Source: Leptospirales bacterium (GTDB lineage Bacteria; Spirochaetota; Leptospiria; Turneriellales; JAOUFE01). Taken from it: a DNA stretch of 41,621 nt. Position 1 is the stretch's first letter. Each line of letters begins with the position of its first letter. The notes beneath the pieces were generated by a model, which saw nothing but the letters and a program-made list of their open reading frames with translations, had not been told where the DNA came from and made no database searches. The translations under genes and the position numbers were made by a program. The DNA is taken from positions 1 to 41,621 of the forward strand of contig JBEQLE010000037.1 of assembly GCA_040326155.1 (NCBI GenBank), written 5' to 3'. Below, piece by piece: positions 16,965 to 26,791 of this stretch.

Positions 16965-18404
16965 ATGTTATCGTGGATAAAAAATTTATTTATCCGCACC
17001 ACGGGTTCTAACTCAGATAAAATTCTGAAGTACCCCGCAGGTAGGAGATATTATTCCGACTTTCATAATATTCGAAAGTCCCATATCGACCCCGATGCCC
17101 AAAAGGTAATCGGCAGGTTAAGCCAATTCGGTTTTAAAGCGTATATTGTCGGAGGGTGTGTTCGTGACCTTTTGTTGAGTAGACAACCAAAAGATTACGA
17201 CATTGTAACAAATGCTACCCCCGCTGAAGTGCGAAAACTGTTTGTAAACAGTCGCGTGATCGGACGACGCTTTAAAATTGTCCATGTTGTCTTTAAAGGC
17301 AATAAGATTATTGAAGTTTCAACTGCCCGTTCTCTGCCTTCAACCCGAAAAACGGCAAAGAAAAAAGATGAACTTTTACTGACACGAGATAATGAATTTG
17401 GTACGTTTAAAGAGGACGCCGCTCGACGTGACTTTACGTTGAATTCACTCTTCTTTGACATCCGAAACGAGTCTATTATCGATTATACCGGTGGGTATGA
17501 AGATATTACCCAGAAAATAGTTCGTACAATAGGAGACGAAAATGTCTCTTTGCCTGAAGATCCTGTGCGAATGCTGCGTGCTGTAAAGTTTGCAAGTTTG
17601 TTGGAATTTGCGCTGCACCCTCGACTCATAAAAGGAATAAAGCGTAATAAAAAGCATATTCAAAAAGCCTCTACTGCGCGTTTGCATGAAGAGTATAATA
17701 AAATATTCAGAACCGGTCAAACCTACAATATTATTAAAAGCCTTGTGGAACTCTCCCTTTTCGATTGGATGTTCCCTACCATTGCGAAAAAGAATGCGGA
17801 AAAAGACAGTAAATGGACTACCAGATTTGAGGAAGTCCAGATTGGAAAACAACTGTTTTTAGCCGACCGAATGATTGCTGAACACGAAGATGTCAATACC
17901 ATGGTCTATTATTCCATTTTTGCCGGCAGTGTAGCCGAAGAGTTTTTTACTATGGACCCTAAAGATCGCAGTATAGAACCGAAATTAAAAGACCTTATTG
18001 AAGGCGTTTCACAAGAACTTGGACTTTCCAGACGTGAAAGCGAACGTATGGTTCAAATTTTCAGCGGGCAACGCAGTTTCTCTTCGGAAGTTCCTGATGA
18101 TGCGCTTCAGGATATGGCTGAGAGTGTAACCTGGGTAGAAACTTTTAAAAACAAGGCCCACTTTATTGAAACTTTTGTTTTTTATAAACTTAGAATGCGA
18201 GCTTCACAGAATCAAGAGGGTATTCAACGAGCCCTTTACTGGGAAATTGGTTTGCGCAAAAAACTTCCCCAGTCCATACGGAAGATTAGACCGCGCCCCC
18301 TTGCTCTATATGAAGAAGATAATAGACTTGGTAAAAAAGAAGGGTTTTTCTCCTCCAGAGCTAAAAAGTTTATTCGGAAAAAACCACGCCCCGGACAACG
18401 CTGA
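16965..18404 (+). CDS. pcnB: Poly(A) polymerase I
   Basis: VGGCVRDLL, PKDYDI, PAP signature IGRRFKIVHV, RRDFT and EDPVRMLRA. Basic C-terminal tail. Confidence 0.9.
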   Translation: MLSWIKNLFIRTTGSNSDKILKYPAGRRYYSDFHNIRKSHIDPDAQKVIGRLSQFGFKAYIVGGCVRDLLLSRQPKDYDIVTNATPAEVRKLFVNSRVIGRRFKIVHVVFKGNKIIEVSTARSLPSTRKTAKKKDELLLTRDNEFGTFKEDAARRDFTLNSLFFDIRNESIIDYTGGYEDITQKIVRTIGDENVSLPEDPVRMLRAVKFASLLEFALHPRLIKGIKRNKKHIQKASTARLHEEYNKIFRTGQTYNIIKSLVELSLFDWMFPTIAKKNAEKDSKWTTRFEEVQIGKQLFLADRMIAEHEDVNTMVYYSIFAGSVAEEFFTMDPKDRSIEPKLKDLIEGVSQELGLSRRESERMVQIFSGQRSFSSEVPDDALQDMAESVTWVETFKNKAHFIETFVFYKLRMRASQNQEGIQRALYWEIGLRKKLPQSIRKIRPRPLALYEEDNRLGKKEGFFSSRAKKFIRKKPRPGQR

Positions 18405-18446
18405 GTTTCATGTTGACAATATCACCGCTGTTCGCAGGTTGTAGGT

Positions 18447-18638
18447 ATGTTTATTATTCGCTTTTTCTTTTTCGTCATTCTATTTTTAGTTGTTTATGCT
18501 GTAATTAGAATACTGATTTTAGTTTTAAAAGCTAAAAATCATATAAAAAAGAATCCCCCGACCCGAGGTGTGGGGCAAGAAAAAGATGTCTCGAGTGTCG
18601 GTAAAGTTGTTGATGAAAAATGGCTTGATGAAGACTAA
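18447..18638 (+). CDS. Small single-pass membrane hypothetical protein
   Basis: 63 aa with an N-terminal hydrophobic helix. Fills the pcnB-apbC gap. Confidence 0.6.
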   Translation: MFIIRFFFFVILFLVVYAVIRILILVLKAKNHIKKNPPTRGVGQEKDVSSVGKVVDEKWLDED

Positions 18639-18714
18639 AAAGTAAATTCCTCTTTACATTACATATTTAAAAGTCGGTTTTACTGAAGCAAATCTAATAC
18701 AGAGGTAACCCCCC

Positions 18715-19803
18715 TTGAACAATAAAATACAATCCATATTATCAACAATTCCCGTTCCCGGCGCCGGTACCGATATTTTGGCCGCTGGTCTGGTAAAAAA
18801 CGTTATTGAAGACGGCAATAAAATTGAAATACTTTTAGCCTATGAGGCAACCCGTGGCGAACAACTCGCGCTAGAAGCCCAGGTGAAAACCCAATTGACC
18901 CGGGAAGCGTACTCCGCTGAAAATATTAAAATCAAGTTTGAAACAAAAGGGGAAGCTTCGGCAGCTGAACCGCAACCCCAGGTTCCCCCACCTCCAACGC
19001 CTAAAAAAATTCCATCAATTAAGAAGATAATCGCCGTGGGTTCCGGAAAGGGCGGAGTCGGTAAGTCAACGGTTTCTATAAATCTTGCCGCGTCGCTTGC
19101 CGCGAAGGGCTACAAGGTGGGCCTTTTGGACGCCGATCTGTACGGACCTTCGATTGGACAAATGGCCGGTTTTACTGGAAAAACAGACCTGCCTGTAACG
19201 GAGACTAAAATTAAACCTCCTGAAAAATATGGCATGAAAATGATCAGTTTTTCAATGCTCATTGAGCGCGCCCAGGCTGTTGTCTGGCGCGGACCGATGC
19301 TGGGAAAAGCCCTGGAACAACTTATTTTTGATATTGACTGGGGTCGCCTCGATTACCTGATTATAGACCTTCCTCCGGGAACCGGCGATATTCAACTCTC
19401 GATGGCCCAACTGGTCGAGGTCGATGGTTTTGTAATTGTAACTACTCCGCAAAATGTGGCCTTGCACGACGCAGAACGGGCCGCAGATATGTTAAAAAAA
19501 GTCAATATACCTATCCTGGGAATCGTTGAAAATATGAGTGAATTTATTTGCCCTTCTTGTGGGCACTCTACCCATATTTTTTCTCAAAAAGGTGGCGAAA
19601 CCATCGCCAAAGAACTCAAAGTGAATTTATTAGGAAGTATTCCTATTACATCCGTAATTATGGAATCCGGTGAAAAAGGAATTCCCTTAACAGTTAAAGA
19701 AGATCTGCCCTGGGATAAAAAAGATGTGGAACCAATTGTAACCGCTTATGATGCCATTATCGAGAATCTTCAAAAAAGATTAAAGCAAAATGCTAACACA
19801 TAA
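18715..19803 (+). CDS. apbC: Mrp/ApbC/NBP35 Fe-S cluster carrier ATPase
   Basis: SGKGGVGKST, DADLYGPS, WRGPM, DLPPGTGD and ENMS..CPSC. Confidence 0.95.
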   Translation: MNNKIQSILSTIPVPGAGTDILAAGLVKNVIEDGNKIEILLAYEATRGEQLALEAQVKTQLTREAYSAENIKIKFETKGEASAAEPQPQVPPPPTPKKIPSIKKIIAVGSGKGGVGKSTVSINLAASLAAKGYKVGLLDADLYGPSIGQMAGFTGKTDLPVTETKIKPPEKYGMKMISFSMLIERAQAVVWRGPMLGKALEQLIFDIDWGRLDYLIIDLPPGTGDIQLSMAQLVEVDGFVIVTTPQNVALHDAERAADMLKKVNIPILGIVENMSEFICPSCGHSTHIFSQKGGETIAKELKVNLLGSIPITSVIMESGEKGIPLTVKEDLPWDKKDVEPIVTAYDAIIENLQKRLKQNANT

Positions 19804-19812
19804 GAGGTCCAT

Positions 19813-20343
19813 ATGATTTTGTCAGGTTTAGAAATTAAAAAACGAATTAATGCTGATATAGTTATTGATCCATACGATGAAAAAAATATAAATCCGAACT
19901 CTTATAATCTAACTCTGCATAACGAATTGCTCGTCTATGAAAATCGAGAACTCGACATGAAGACGCCGAACCCCAGTCGTCAGATTATGATTCCCCCGGA
20001 AGGTCTTTTACTGGAGACGGACAAACTCTATCTGGGTAGAACCAGAGAGTATACCGAAACCCATAATCTGGTGCCTATGCTGGAAGGACGGTCGAGTATT
20101 GGTCGCCTTGGCTTATTTGTTCACGTAACCGCCGGGTTTGGTGATGTCGGTTTTAAAGGGTTCTGGACCCTCGAAATATTTGCCGTTCAACCCATCCGCA
20201 TCTACCCGAATGTGGGAATTGCACAGGTCTTTTACCACACTATTTTCGGAGAATTTGAAGAGTATAAAAGTGGTAAATATCAAAACAATCGCGGTATTCA
20301 GACAAGTAAATTATATAAAGATTTCGAAACTTTAAAAGAATAG
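19813..20343 (+). CDS. dcd: dCTP deaminase
   Basis: NPNSYNL, EGRSSIGRLG, AGFGDVGFKG.WTLE and GKYQ. Confidence 0.95.
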   Translation: MILSGLEIKKRINADIVIDPYDEKNINPNSYNLTLHNELLVYENRELDMKTPNPSRQIMIPPEGLLLETDKLYLGRTREYTETHNLVPMLEGRSSIGRLGLFVHVTAGFGDVGFKGFWTLEIFAVQPIRIYPNVGIAQVFYHTIFGEFEEYKSGKYQNNRGIQTSKLYKDFETLKE

Positions 20344-20414
20344 CTACAATACAGCACCCATTATGCCGAAAATGATATAGAGAGACTTGGGTTTAACCTA
20401 AGCGACTATATTAT

Positions 20415-22487
20415 ATGAAACGGTTTATTCTAATACTTGCACTTTTACTCGCCGGGTTTACGGGCATTCTGGGCCAGTTTATCTTGCCTGAAAAATCTTT
20501 TACGACACAAAAAGATGTCGATGTAATTCGTGTCGATTCTGGGGGCGACGAACTGGTCAAAGAGATACGGACCCGTGTGCGCCGTCTTCGCAAAGAAATT
20601 ATGCTGGCTTGGACTCTCGCCCGGAGAGAGCAAGAATTAGCAGTCGTTCGCCATACACAGCCTATGAACAACATGAAGGTGTTGCTTGAGGGCGAATTGG
20701 TGGCTATTATTGCCGCCGACCAGACTTCTTATATCGATAAACCGGAGAAACCAGGGGAGTATTATTACGCGATTGTTATTCATAAAGAGTTGCAGGAGCA
20801 TATTGCAGTACTAATTGCAGATGACAATTACACTACAAACCCCGCTGTTCTTCTGGAGAAGGAAGAAGATGAGGTGGAAACTTCGGCAGGAAAAATTACC
20901 AGTATTCAGTCTATCTTAATTGCTGAGAAGTTAATACGAGTAGAATGGGAGGGACAATTCAAAGAAGGAGCTACTGTTCAGGTGTACCGAGCCGAAGAGA
21001 TGATTGATACAAAAGAAAAACTAGGCAGCGCGAAAAGGCTCGCCTCGTTGCCAGGCAATAAAACCGGTTATGATGATAACGAAATTACTCCGGGTAAAAC
21101 CTATTTTTATGCTATTGCCCTGCGAGATGAAGACGGAAAAGAAACCATTGAACTGAGAGCGAAACGTTCTTATACTACCACCGGCGCAGGAATAGTCATA
21201 AAGAAAGAAGAAATTCCAATTATTGCCCGTTTACAAGTTATTTACGGTCCGGACCGTACATTAATATTGCATTGGCAAGACCCTGAAACAATAACACCGG
21301 GCTTACAATTTTTTATTTATCGATCTAAACTACCAATTTTAAATATGCCCTCTCTGGAATCTGCTGAAAAAGTAGGGACTGTAAAACCAGGAGGACTGCA
21401 ATTTATAGATCGAACTCCTGCCAAAGCCAAAGTTTACTATGCAGTAATTTCCGTAAATTCTGCCGGCAAACTCAGTAAAGACTTTATGGTCGATGAAAAT
21501 ACACTTTCGAAACCCGTCAGGCTGGAAAAAGAGACCGAGACTGAGAGCGATACGACAACGAAAGTTGACAAAACAAACGATAATCAGAAAGGAAACGTCA
21601 TTGAGGTTGTGCCTGAAACTCAGGAACACTTTTTTAACATGCAGGCCCATGTTCAGCCCAATAAAGTTGTATTAACATGGGATCAAGTCTACCAGGACGA
21701 GGAGGAGTATGACTCCAACCTGATTCTGGTTTATCGATTTCGAAAAAGACCTCGTGAATTGAAAGACTTGATGTATGGTGCCCTGCTCGGGAAAATACCT
21801 GACACAAAAATGGGGTTTGTCGATATACCTCCTTCCAGCGGTATTTACTATTATGCCTTGTTTTTAGAAACTCGTAAGGGAATTAAACCAAAATTATTTA
21901 TTGTAGATGAAAACCTTGTAGGTCCTGTAGTTTTCAACTCCCAAATTGCCGGGCATGAAAAAACTGACAATCAAGAGAAAATAGTCAAAGACGAACCGGG
22001 ACTTGAAAAAGGCGACCCAGGAATTTATTATCCGGACCTGGAAAACGGTGACGAACCTGTAAAAATCGAAAAAGATGATAAAAATAACAAAGTCGATAAT
22101 ACTGATAAAGCCGACAAGGCCGACAAGACTGACAAAGTTGATAAAATCGATAATAATTTTACAAAAGATAACGAGCAATCTCATACAAGCAAAGAAGACA
22201 ATACCCAACAGGAAAATACCGCAAATGAAACCGAACGCCTGGAAAAGGTTCTGAATAATACTTATAAAAAAGGAAAATACCAGCTCGCCATGGAAGAGTT
22301 AAAACCCTTTCATGCCAGCGCCGATGAAAGGGTCATGAGTAAATCAATGTTTTATTCCGCTTTGTCAGCTTACCAAATGGAAGAATTTGAAACGGCATTA
22401 AAACTTTTATTACACCCTTCCGTTCGTAAAAACTTTGGTAAAAGAGCCGATTTTTGGTATAACCGTACGTTGGAGCGAATGGAATGA
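20415..22487 (+). CDS. Exported protein with four Fn3-like repeats, acidic linker and C-terminal TPR-like helices
   Basis: Signal peptide and four repeats of the pattern W...(Y)R...(Y/F)xD...YYA. Confidence 0.75.
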   Translation: MKRFILILALLLAGFTGILGQFILPEKSFTTQKDVDVIRVDSGGDELVKEIRTRVRRLRKEIMLAWTLARREQELAVVRHTQPMNNMKVLLEGELVAIIAADQTSYIDKPEKPGEYYYAIVIHKELQEHIAVLIADDNYTTNPAVLLEKEEDEVETSAGKITSIQSILIAEKLIRVEWEGQFKEGATVQVYRAEEMIDTKEKLGSAKRLASLPGNKTGYDDNEITPGKTYFYAIALRDEDGKETIELRAKRSYTTTGAGIVIKKEEIPIIARLQVIYGPDRTLILHWQDPETITPGLQFFIYRSKLPILNMPSLESAEKVGTVKPGGLQFIDRTPAKAKVYYAVISVNSAGKLSKDFMVDENTLSKPVRLEKETETESDTTTKVDKTNDNQKGNVIEVVPETQEHFFNMQAHVQPNKVVLTWDQVYQDEEEYDSNLILVYRFRKRPRELKDLMYGALLGKIPDTKMGFVDIPPSSGIYYYALFLETRKGIKPKLFIVDENLVGPVVFNSQIAGHEKTDNQEKIVKDEPGLEKGDPGIYYPDLENGDEPVKIEKDDKNNKVDNTDKADKADKTDKVDKIDNNFTKDNEQSHTSKEDNTQQENTANETERLEKVLNNTYKKGKYQLAMEELKPFHASADERVMSKSMFYSALSAYQMEEFETALKLLLHPSVRKNFGKRADFWYNRTLERME
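22086..22157 (+). repeat. Coding 9-bp tandem repeat (GAYAARnnn) encoding DKx units
   Basis: NKV DNT DKA DKA DKT DKV DKI DNN. Confidence 0.8.
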
Positions 22488-23773
22488 TAAAAAATATTTA
22501 CATAATTATTGGTAGCTTGATTATACTTTCAGGTCTGGGCGTATTTACCGTTCACGAAGAAATCTTTGTGCCAAATAGCGAAGCGCGCAGTCTGCTGGCC
22601 GAAGGGAAGTTACTTTTAGAACAAGAATCTGAAGAGGGAATGAAAAGAGCTGTTGAAACTTTTACCGTTCTTGCTTCGCATTTTCCTGACACAGAACAAG
22701 CCAAACAAGCTCTGTACCATCTGGCTGAAAGCTACGAAAAGCTGGGGAATGTCGATGTAGCCATCGGTAAGTATCGACGACTGCTTGGTCTTGACTTAGA
22801 TGAAGATATGATCGATAAGGTACGATATAAAATCGCTCGACTGCAAATGATGCGTCACAACGCTGAAGAGGGTGTAAACAGCATGATGATGCTTTTATCT
22901 AAAAAGATTGAACCATCTTTGCGCTCTGATATTTATACGGAAATTGCCCGATTTCACGCAGACCGAAATGAATTTGAAAAGTCTCTTACAAATTATGAAA
23001 TAGCTCTTTCTGAATATCCAAGAAATGTAAATGCAAATATAGAAATTGGAGATATTTATTTTCAACAAGGTAAATATTATGAAGCCTTAAGCCAGTACAA
23101 AAAAGTTTATCGTGTATTTATCGACCGAAATGCTAGAGAAGAAACTATCGTTAAAAAATACATACAAAATGTATTTGAAAAAGGCATTCGTATATTTAGA
23201 AAAGAAAAATACAAAGAGGCTGAAGGCTATTTTGAATTTATATACACCAGATTCCCAAAAACGGCAGAAGCCGAAGAGAGTCTTTATTATCACGGAAATG
23301 TTCATTACGGCGACCGAAACTACGAAAAAGCAATTTCACTGTTTCGACAAGTTATTGAACTGGCCCCGGCAACCAGAGATGAAAACGCTTTTATAAAAAC
23401 CGGACAATGTTTTTACCAGCTTGGCGATTACAAAAAATCTGCCATACTGTTTGCAAAAGCCCAGGAACTTTTTCCGAATGGACGCTACAATAAAATCGCT
23501 TCGCAATGGGAAGATGAAGCCCGAAAAGCTCTGCAAGAATCCTATACATATGAAGCGGAAAAATCGAAAACAGGAACACAAACCCAACAGGCAAAGAAAG
23601 AAACCAACGATTCAAAAACCACAGAAAAACTGCCAACAGAAGAACTAAAGCCGGACAAACTACCCGAAGAAAAGAAGGTTCGGAAATCCCCGACTGTGAA
23701 AGATAATAAAATCGATTTTTTTCGACCGAATTACAATGAGCCGGACCTGGACGGTGGAACTGTGGTACCATAA
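22484..23773 (+). CDS. Membrane-anchored tetratricopeptide repeat protein
   Basis: N-terminal TM helix, multiple TPRs with FP/YP turns, and an ATGA overlap with the upstream gene. Confidence 0.85.
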   Translation: MIKNIYIIIGSLIILSGLGVFTVHEEIFVPNSEARSLLAEGKLLLEQESEEGMKRAVETFTVLASHFPDTEQAKQALYHLAESYEKLGNVDVAIGKYRRLLGLDLDEDMIDKVRYKIARLQMMRHNAEEGVNSMMMLLSKKIEPSLRSDIYTEIARFHADRNEFEKSLTNYEIALSEYPRNVNANIEIGDIYFQQGKYYEALSQYKKVYRVFIDRNAREETIVKKYIQNVFEKGIRIFRKEKYKEAEGYFEFIYTRFPKTAEAEESLYYHGNVHYGDRNYEKAISLFRQVIELAPATRDENAFIKTGQCFYQLGDYKKSAILFAKAQELFPNGRYNKIASQWEDEARKALQESYTYEAEKSKTGTQTQQAKKETNDSKTTEKLPTEELKPDKLPEEKKVRKSPTVKDNKIDFFRPNYNEPDLDGGTVVP

Positions 23774-24376
23774 TTGGCCGCCCGAAAAATTATCTTAATA
23801 CGCCACAGTGAAACCACGCAACATGGAGTCTACTTGGGCCATGAAGACCCTCCCCTGTCCGACAAAGGGCGAACTCTTTTAAATTCATTTTCCATAGATA
23901 TAACAAAGTGGAAGAAACCGCAGATCTTTGTAAGCCCGCTTGTTCGGGCCGTGCAAACCGCAGAAATCCTTTTTCCGGAACGACCCACGACGGTTGATGC
24001 TCGATTAAAGGAGATCAACTTTGGAAAATTTGGCGGTAAAAGTTTCACTGAAATCAAATCAGAATTTCCTGAAAAAGTGGACCGGTGGGCAAATGAATTT
24101 ATGAGTTTTGAATTTCCAGGCGGTGAAAGTGTGGTTGAATTTAAAAACCGTGTTGAATCTTTTTTAGAAGATACTCTCCACAATACCAATGGGTCTTTTG
24201 TACTCGTGGCTCATGGCGGTGTCATCCGATTTTTGCTTTGCAAGCTGTTGGATATTCCATATGAAAAACATCTGACTTTCTTTTTAAAACGGCCATCCAT
24301 TAATATGATTGACCTGTCCGAAGAATACGGAACCTTGTCTGGGTTAAATATAGAGAATTTTTCTATTCGAGACTAA
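23774..24376 (+). CDS. cobC: Histidine phosphatase, probable alpha-ribazole phosphatase
   Basis: LIRHSET, SPLVRAVQTA, EINFG, PGGES and AHGGVIR. Adjacent to cobU/T/S. Confidence 0.75.
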   Translation: MAARKIILIRHSETTQHGVYLGHEDPPLSDKGRTLLNSFSIDITKWKKPQIFVSPLVRAVQTAEILFPERPTTVDARLKEINFGKFGGKSFTEIKSEFPEKVDRWANEFMSFEFPGGESVVEFKNRVESFLEDTLHNTNGSFVLVAHGGVIRFLLCKLLDIPYEKHLTFFLKRPSINMIDLSEEYGTLSGLNIENFSIRD

Positions 24377-24892
24377 ATGGTTACTTTAATAACAGGAGGA
24401 GTACGCTCCGGAAAATCAGCTTATGCTTTAACTTTTGCTCCGACGACCGGTAATAGAATTTTTATTGCAACATCGGAACCATTTGACGAAGCCATGCAAC
24501 TTCGAGTCAAAAACCATAAAATAGAACGAGAACATATGGGGTTTACCACTGTGGAAGAACCCGTTCAAATTCCCAAAATGATTAAAGCAAATGAATCTAA
24601 GCAGGTTTTCTTACTAATTGACTGTCTTACCTTTTGGGTAAATAATTTGATGCATTACAACATTGATAAGGCAGAAATGGACACACTGTTTGAAGAGCTG
24701 GTTGAAAACTTACGAAACACCCCATCAGATGTAATTTTAATTACAAATGAAACTGGCTGGGGAAATATACCGGACAACAAAGTTGCCCGAAATTACAATG
24801 ATATACTTGGCAGAATAAACCAGAGAATTGCAACCGTTGCCGAACAGGTAGTATGCATGGTCTCCGGTATTCCAATGAAAATAAAAGGTTGA
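24377..24892 (+). CDS. cobU: Adenosylcobinamide kinase/adenosylcobinamide-phosphate guanylyltransferase
   Basis: TGGVRSGKS, TVEEP, IDCLTFW, TNETGWG and LGRINQ. Confidence 0.95.
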   Translation: MVTLITGGVRSGKSAYALTFAPTTGNRIFIATSEPFDEAMQLRVKNHKIEREHMGFTTVEEPVQIPKMIKANESKQVFLLIDCLTFWVNNLMHYNIDKAEMDTLFEELVENLRNTPSDVILITNETGWGNIPDNKVARNYNDILGRINQRIATVAEQVVCMVSGIPMKIKG

Positions 24893-24893
24893 T

Positions 24894-25958
24894 ATGAAAA
24901 TGAACGATATTATAGAAAAAATAGTTCCTCTGGATAAAAGTTTACAAGAAGCAATACAAAAACACCTGGATTTTTTAACGAAACCGCCAGGCTCCCTTGG
25001 CAGACTCGAAGAACTCGCCATGCAATATGCACTGATTCATGGAACAGATAAACCGACTTTGACGAAAAAGAAGATATTTACTTTTGCGGGAGACCATGGA
25101 GTTGCCGCCGAAGGGGTGTCCGCATTTCCATCGGAAGTAACAAAACTGATGGTAGACAATATGCTACGCGGAGGGGCTGCTGTAAATGTGTTAAGCTCTT
25201 TTGCTGGAGTGGATGTCGCCGTAGTCGACGCCGGAGTTGCCGGGAACGGTCCTTCCGAGGAAACCTTACAAAATAAAAAAACCGAGTATGTAGATGGCAA
25301 AGTTCGACCTGGCTCTCGAAATATCGCCAATGAACCGGCAATGACGATGGACGAAACAGTAAAGGCTATTAACCTGGGAGTACAATGCGCTATAGAAGCA
25401 AAAGAGAATGGGTATGATATTATTGGTACCGGCGAAATGGGTATCGCGAACACCACACCTTCTAGTGCGCTCTATGCTACGCTTTTACCCTCCTCTGTAG
25501 AAAAGACAACTGGTATTGGTACCGGGGTAGACGAAAAAGCGTTACAAAATAAAATTGAAATTATTAAGAAAGCTATCAAAACAAATGAAGCGTTGTTGAA
25601 AGATCCTATCTCAACTCTCAGCGCTTTAGGAGGGTTTGAAATTGCTGCGATTACGGGTCTTATTTTAGGTGGGGCCGCGCTTCGATTGCCTGTTGTTGTG
25701 GACGGGTATATTTCATCTGCCGCAGCATTGGTGGCTTGTCGTTATAAACCAGCGACTTTAGATTACCTCTTTTTCAGCCACTACTCTGCTGAAAACGGTT
25801 ACCGGGAATTTACCGAAAAGTTTAATATAAAACCGCTTCTCGATCTTCAAATGCGCCTTGGCGAAGGAACTGGCGCTGCACTGGCCATAAACCTGATTGA
25901 GGCCTCCGTAAAAATATATAACGAGATGGCTACGTTTGCTGATCTTGGCCTGGCTTAA
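24894..25958 (+). CDS. cobT: Nicotinate-nucleotide-dimethylbenzimidazole phosphoribosyltransferase
   Basis: LTKPPGSLGRLE, AGDHGV, GEMGIANTT and MRLGEGTGA. Confidence 0.97.
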   Translation: MKMNDIIEKIVPLDKSLQEAIQKHLDFLTKPPGSLGRLEELAMQYALIHGTDKPTLTKKKIFTFAGDHGVAAEGVSAFPSEVTKLMVDNMLRGGAAVNVLSSFAGVDVAVVDAGVAGNGPSEETLQNKKTEYVDGKVRPGSRNIANEPAMTMDETVKAINLGVQCAIEAKENGYDIIGTGEMGIANTTPSSALYATLLPSSVEKTTGIGTGVDEKALQNKIEIIKKAIKTNEALLKDPISTLSALGGFEIAAITGLILGGAALRLPVVVDGYISSAAALVACRYKPATLDYLFFSHYSAENGYREFTEKFNIKPLLDLQMRLGEGTGAALAINLIEASVKIYNEMATFADLGLA

Positions 25959-26740
25959 TGCCTTCTTTCATGAGCAATGTTTTACTCGCACTGACAACCT
26001 TAACAGCGATTCGTTTTCCTATCTTAAAAAATTGTATACCCGGACGCAGCGTGCGGTATTTTCCTCTGGCTGGCGTACTCATCGGGGGCATCTTCTGGGC
26101 TCTTTATTATGCCCTCTCGTATGCTTCCTATGTTCCGGGTTTACATTTACCCGAATTAACTGCTTTTATAATATTAGTTCTTTACGCCTTCCTGACAGGC
26201 GGCTTGCATTTCGATGGTCTGGCAGACTGGGCTGACGCTCATTTTGCCGGAAAAGATAAAACAAGAACCCTGGAAATACTGAAAGATACCCACATGGGAG
26301 CCTTCGGGGTTGTGGCGCTGATTATTCTTCTACTCGGTAAATGGATATTATATAAAACCTGGATCTTGAATGGTAGCTTTGCTCTGATTTTTATCAGTTT
26401 TGTGGTCTCGCGCCTGGGGGCCTCTTATGCTTGCGCCATGTATAGTTCCGTTCGCAAAAACGGGACGGGAACGGAATTTATAGAAAAAGCCAAACCGACT
26501 GATTTTATTATAGCGCTTACACTTGCTTTGTTGGCCGGGTTTGCCGCTGCGGGTATCGTTGGTCTGGGACTAATTGTTCTCTCCATGATTTTAATTCCCT
26601 TGGTAGCCGTATATATATCAAACAAAATAGGTGGAATGACGGGAGATCTGCTCGGAGCACAGATTGAACTAACAGAACTTCTTTTTTTATTGCTAACTCT
26701 TTTCATACCCTTCGAAAATATTTTTATCTGGCTGGGATAG
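25958..26740 (+). CDS. cobS: Adenosylcobinamide-GDP ribazoletransferase (cobalamin synthase)
   Basis: TGGLHFDGLADWAD, LKDTHMGAFG and GGMTGDLLGA. Polytopic. Confidence 0.95.
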   Translation: MPSFMSNVLLALTTLTAIRFPILKNCIPGRSVRYFPLAGVLIGGIFWALYYALSYASYVPGLHLPELTAFIILVLYAFLTGGLHFDGLADWADAHFAGKDKTRTLEILKDTHMGAFGVVALIILLLGKWILYKTWILNGSFALIFISFVVSRLGASYACAMYSSVRKNGTGTEFIEKAKPTDFIIALTLALLAGFAAAGIVGLGLIVLSMILIPLVAVYISNKIGGMTGDLLGAQIELTELLFLLLTLFIPFENIFIWLG

Positions 26741-26752
26741 CCATGATGAATG

Positions 26753-26783
26753 AATACGCCCACGGTTATGTCGTGGGCGTATT
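26753..26783. terminator. Hairpin between convergent genes (probable bidirectional terminator or REP-like palindrome)
   Basis: Perfect 12-bp stem AATACGCCCACG/CGTGGGCGTATT with a 7-nt loop. Confidence 0.65.
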
Positions 26784-26791
26784 AAATACAA

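Noticed and set aside
16612..17011. Three short ORFs in the DUF4105-pcnB intergenic region
   Set aside because: They overlap one another and the repeat element, and have no RBS or recognisable motifs.
22086..22157. Short tandem repeats as a CRISPR array
   Set aside because: These are in-frame 9-bp coding repeats with no spacers, and no cas genes are present.
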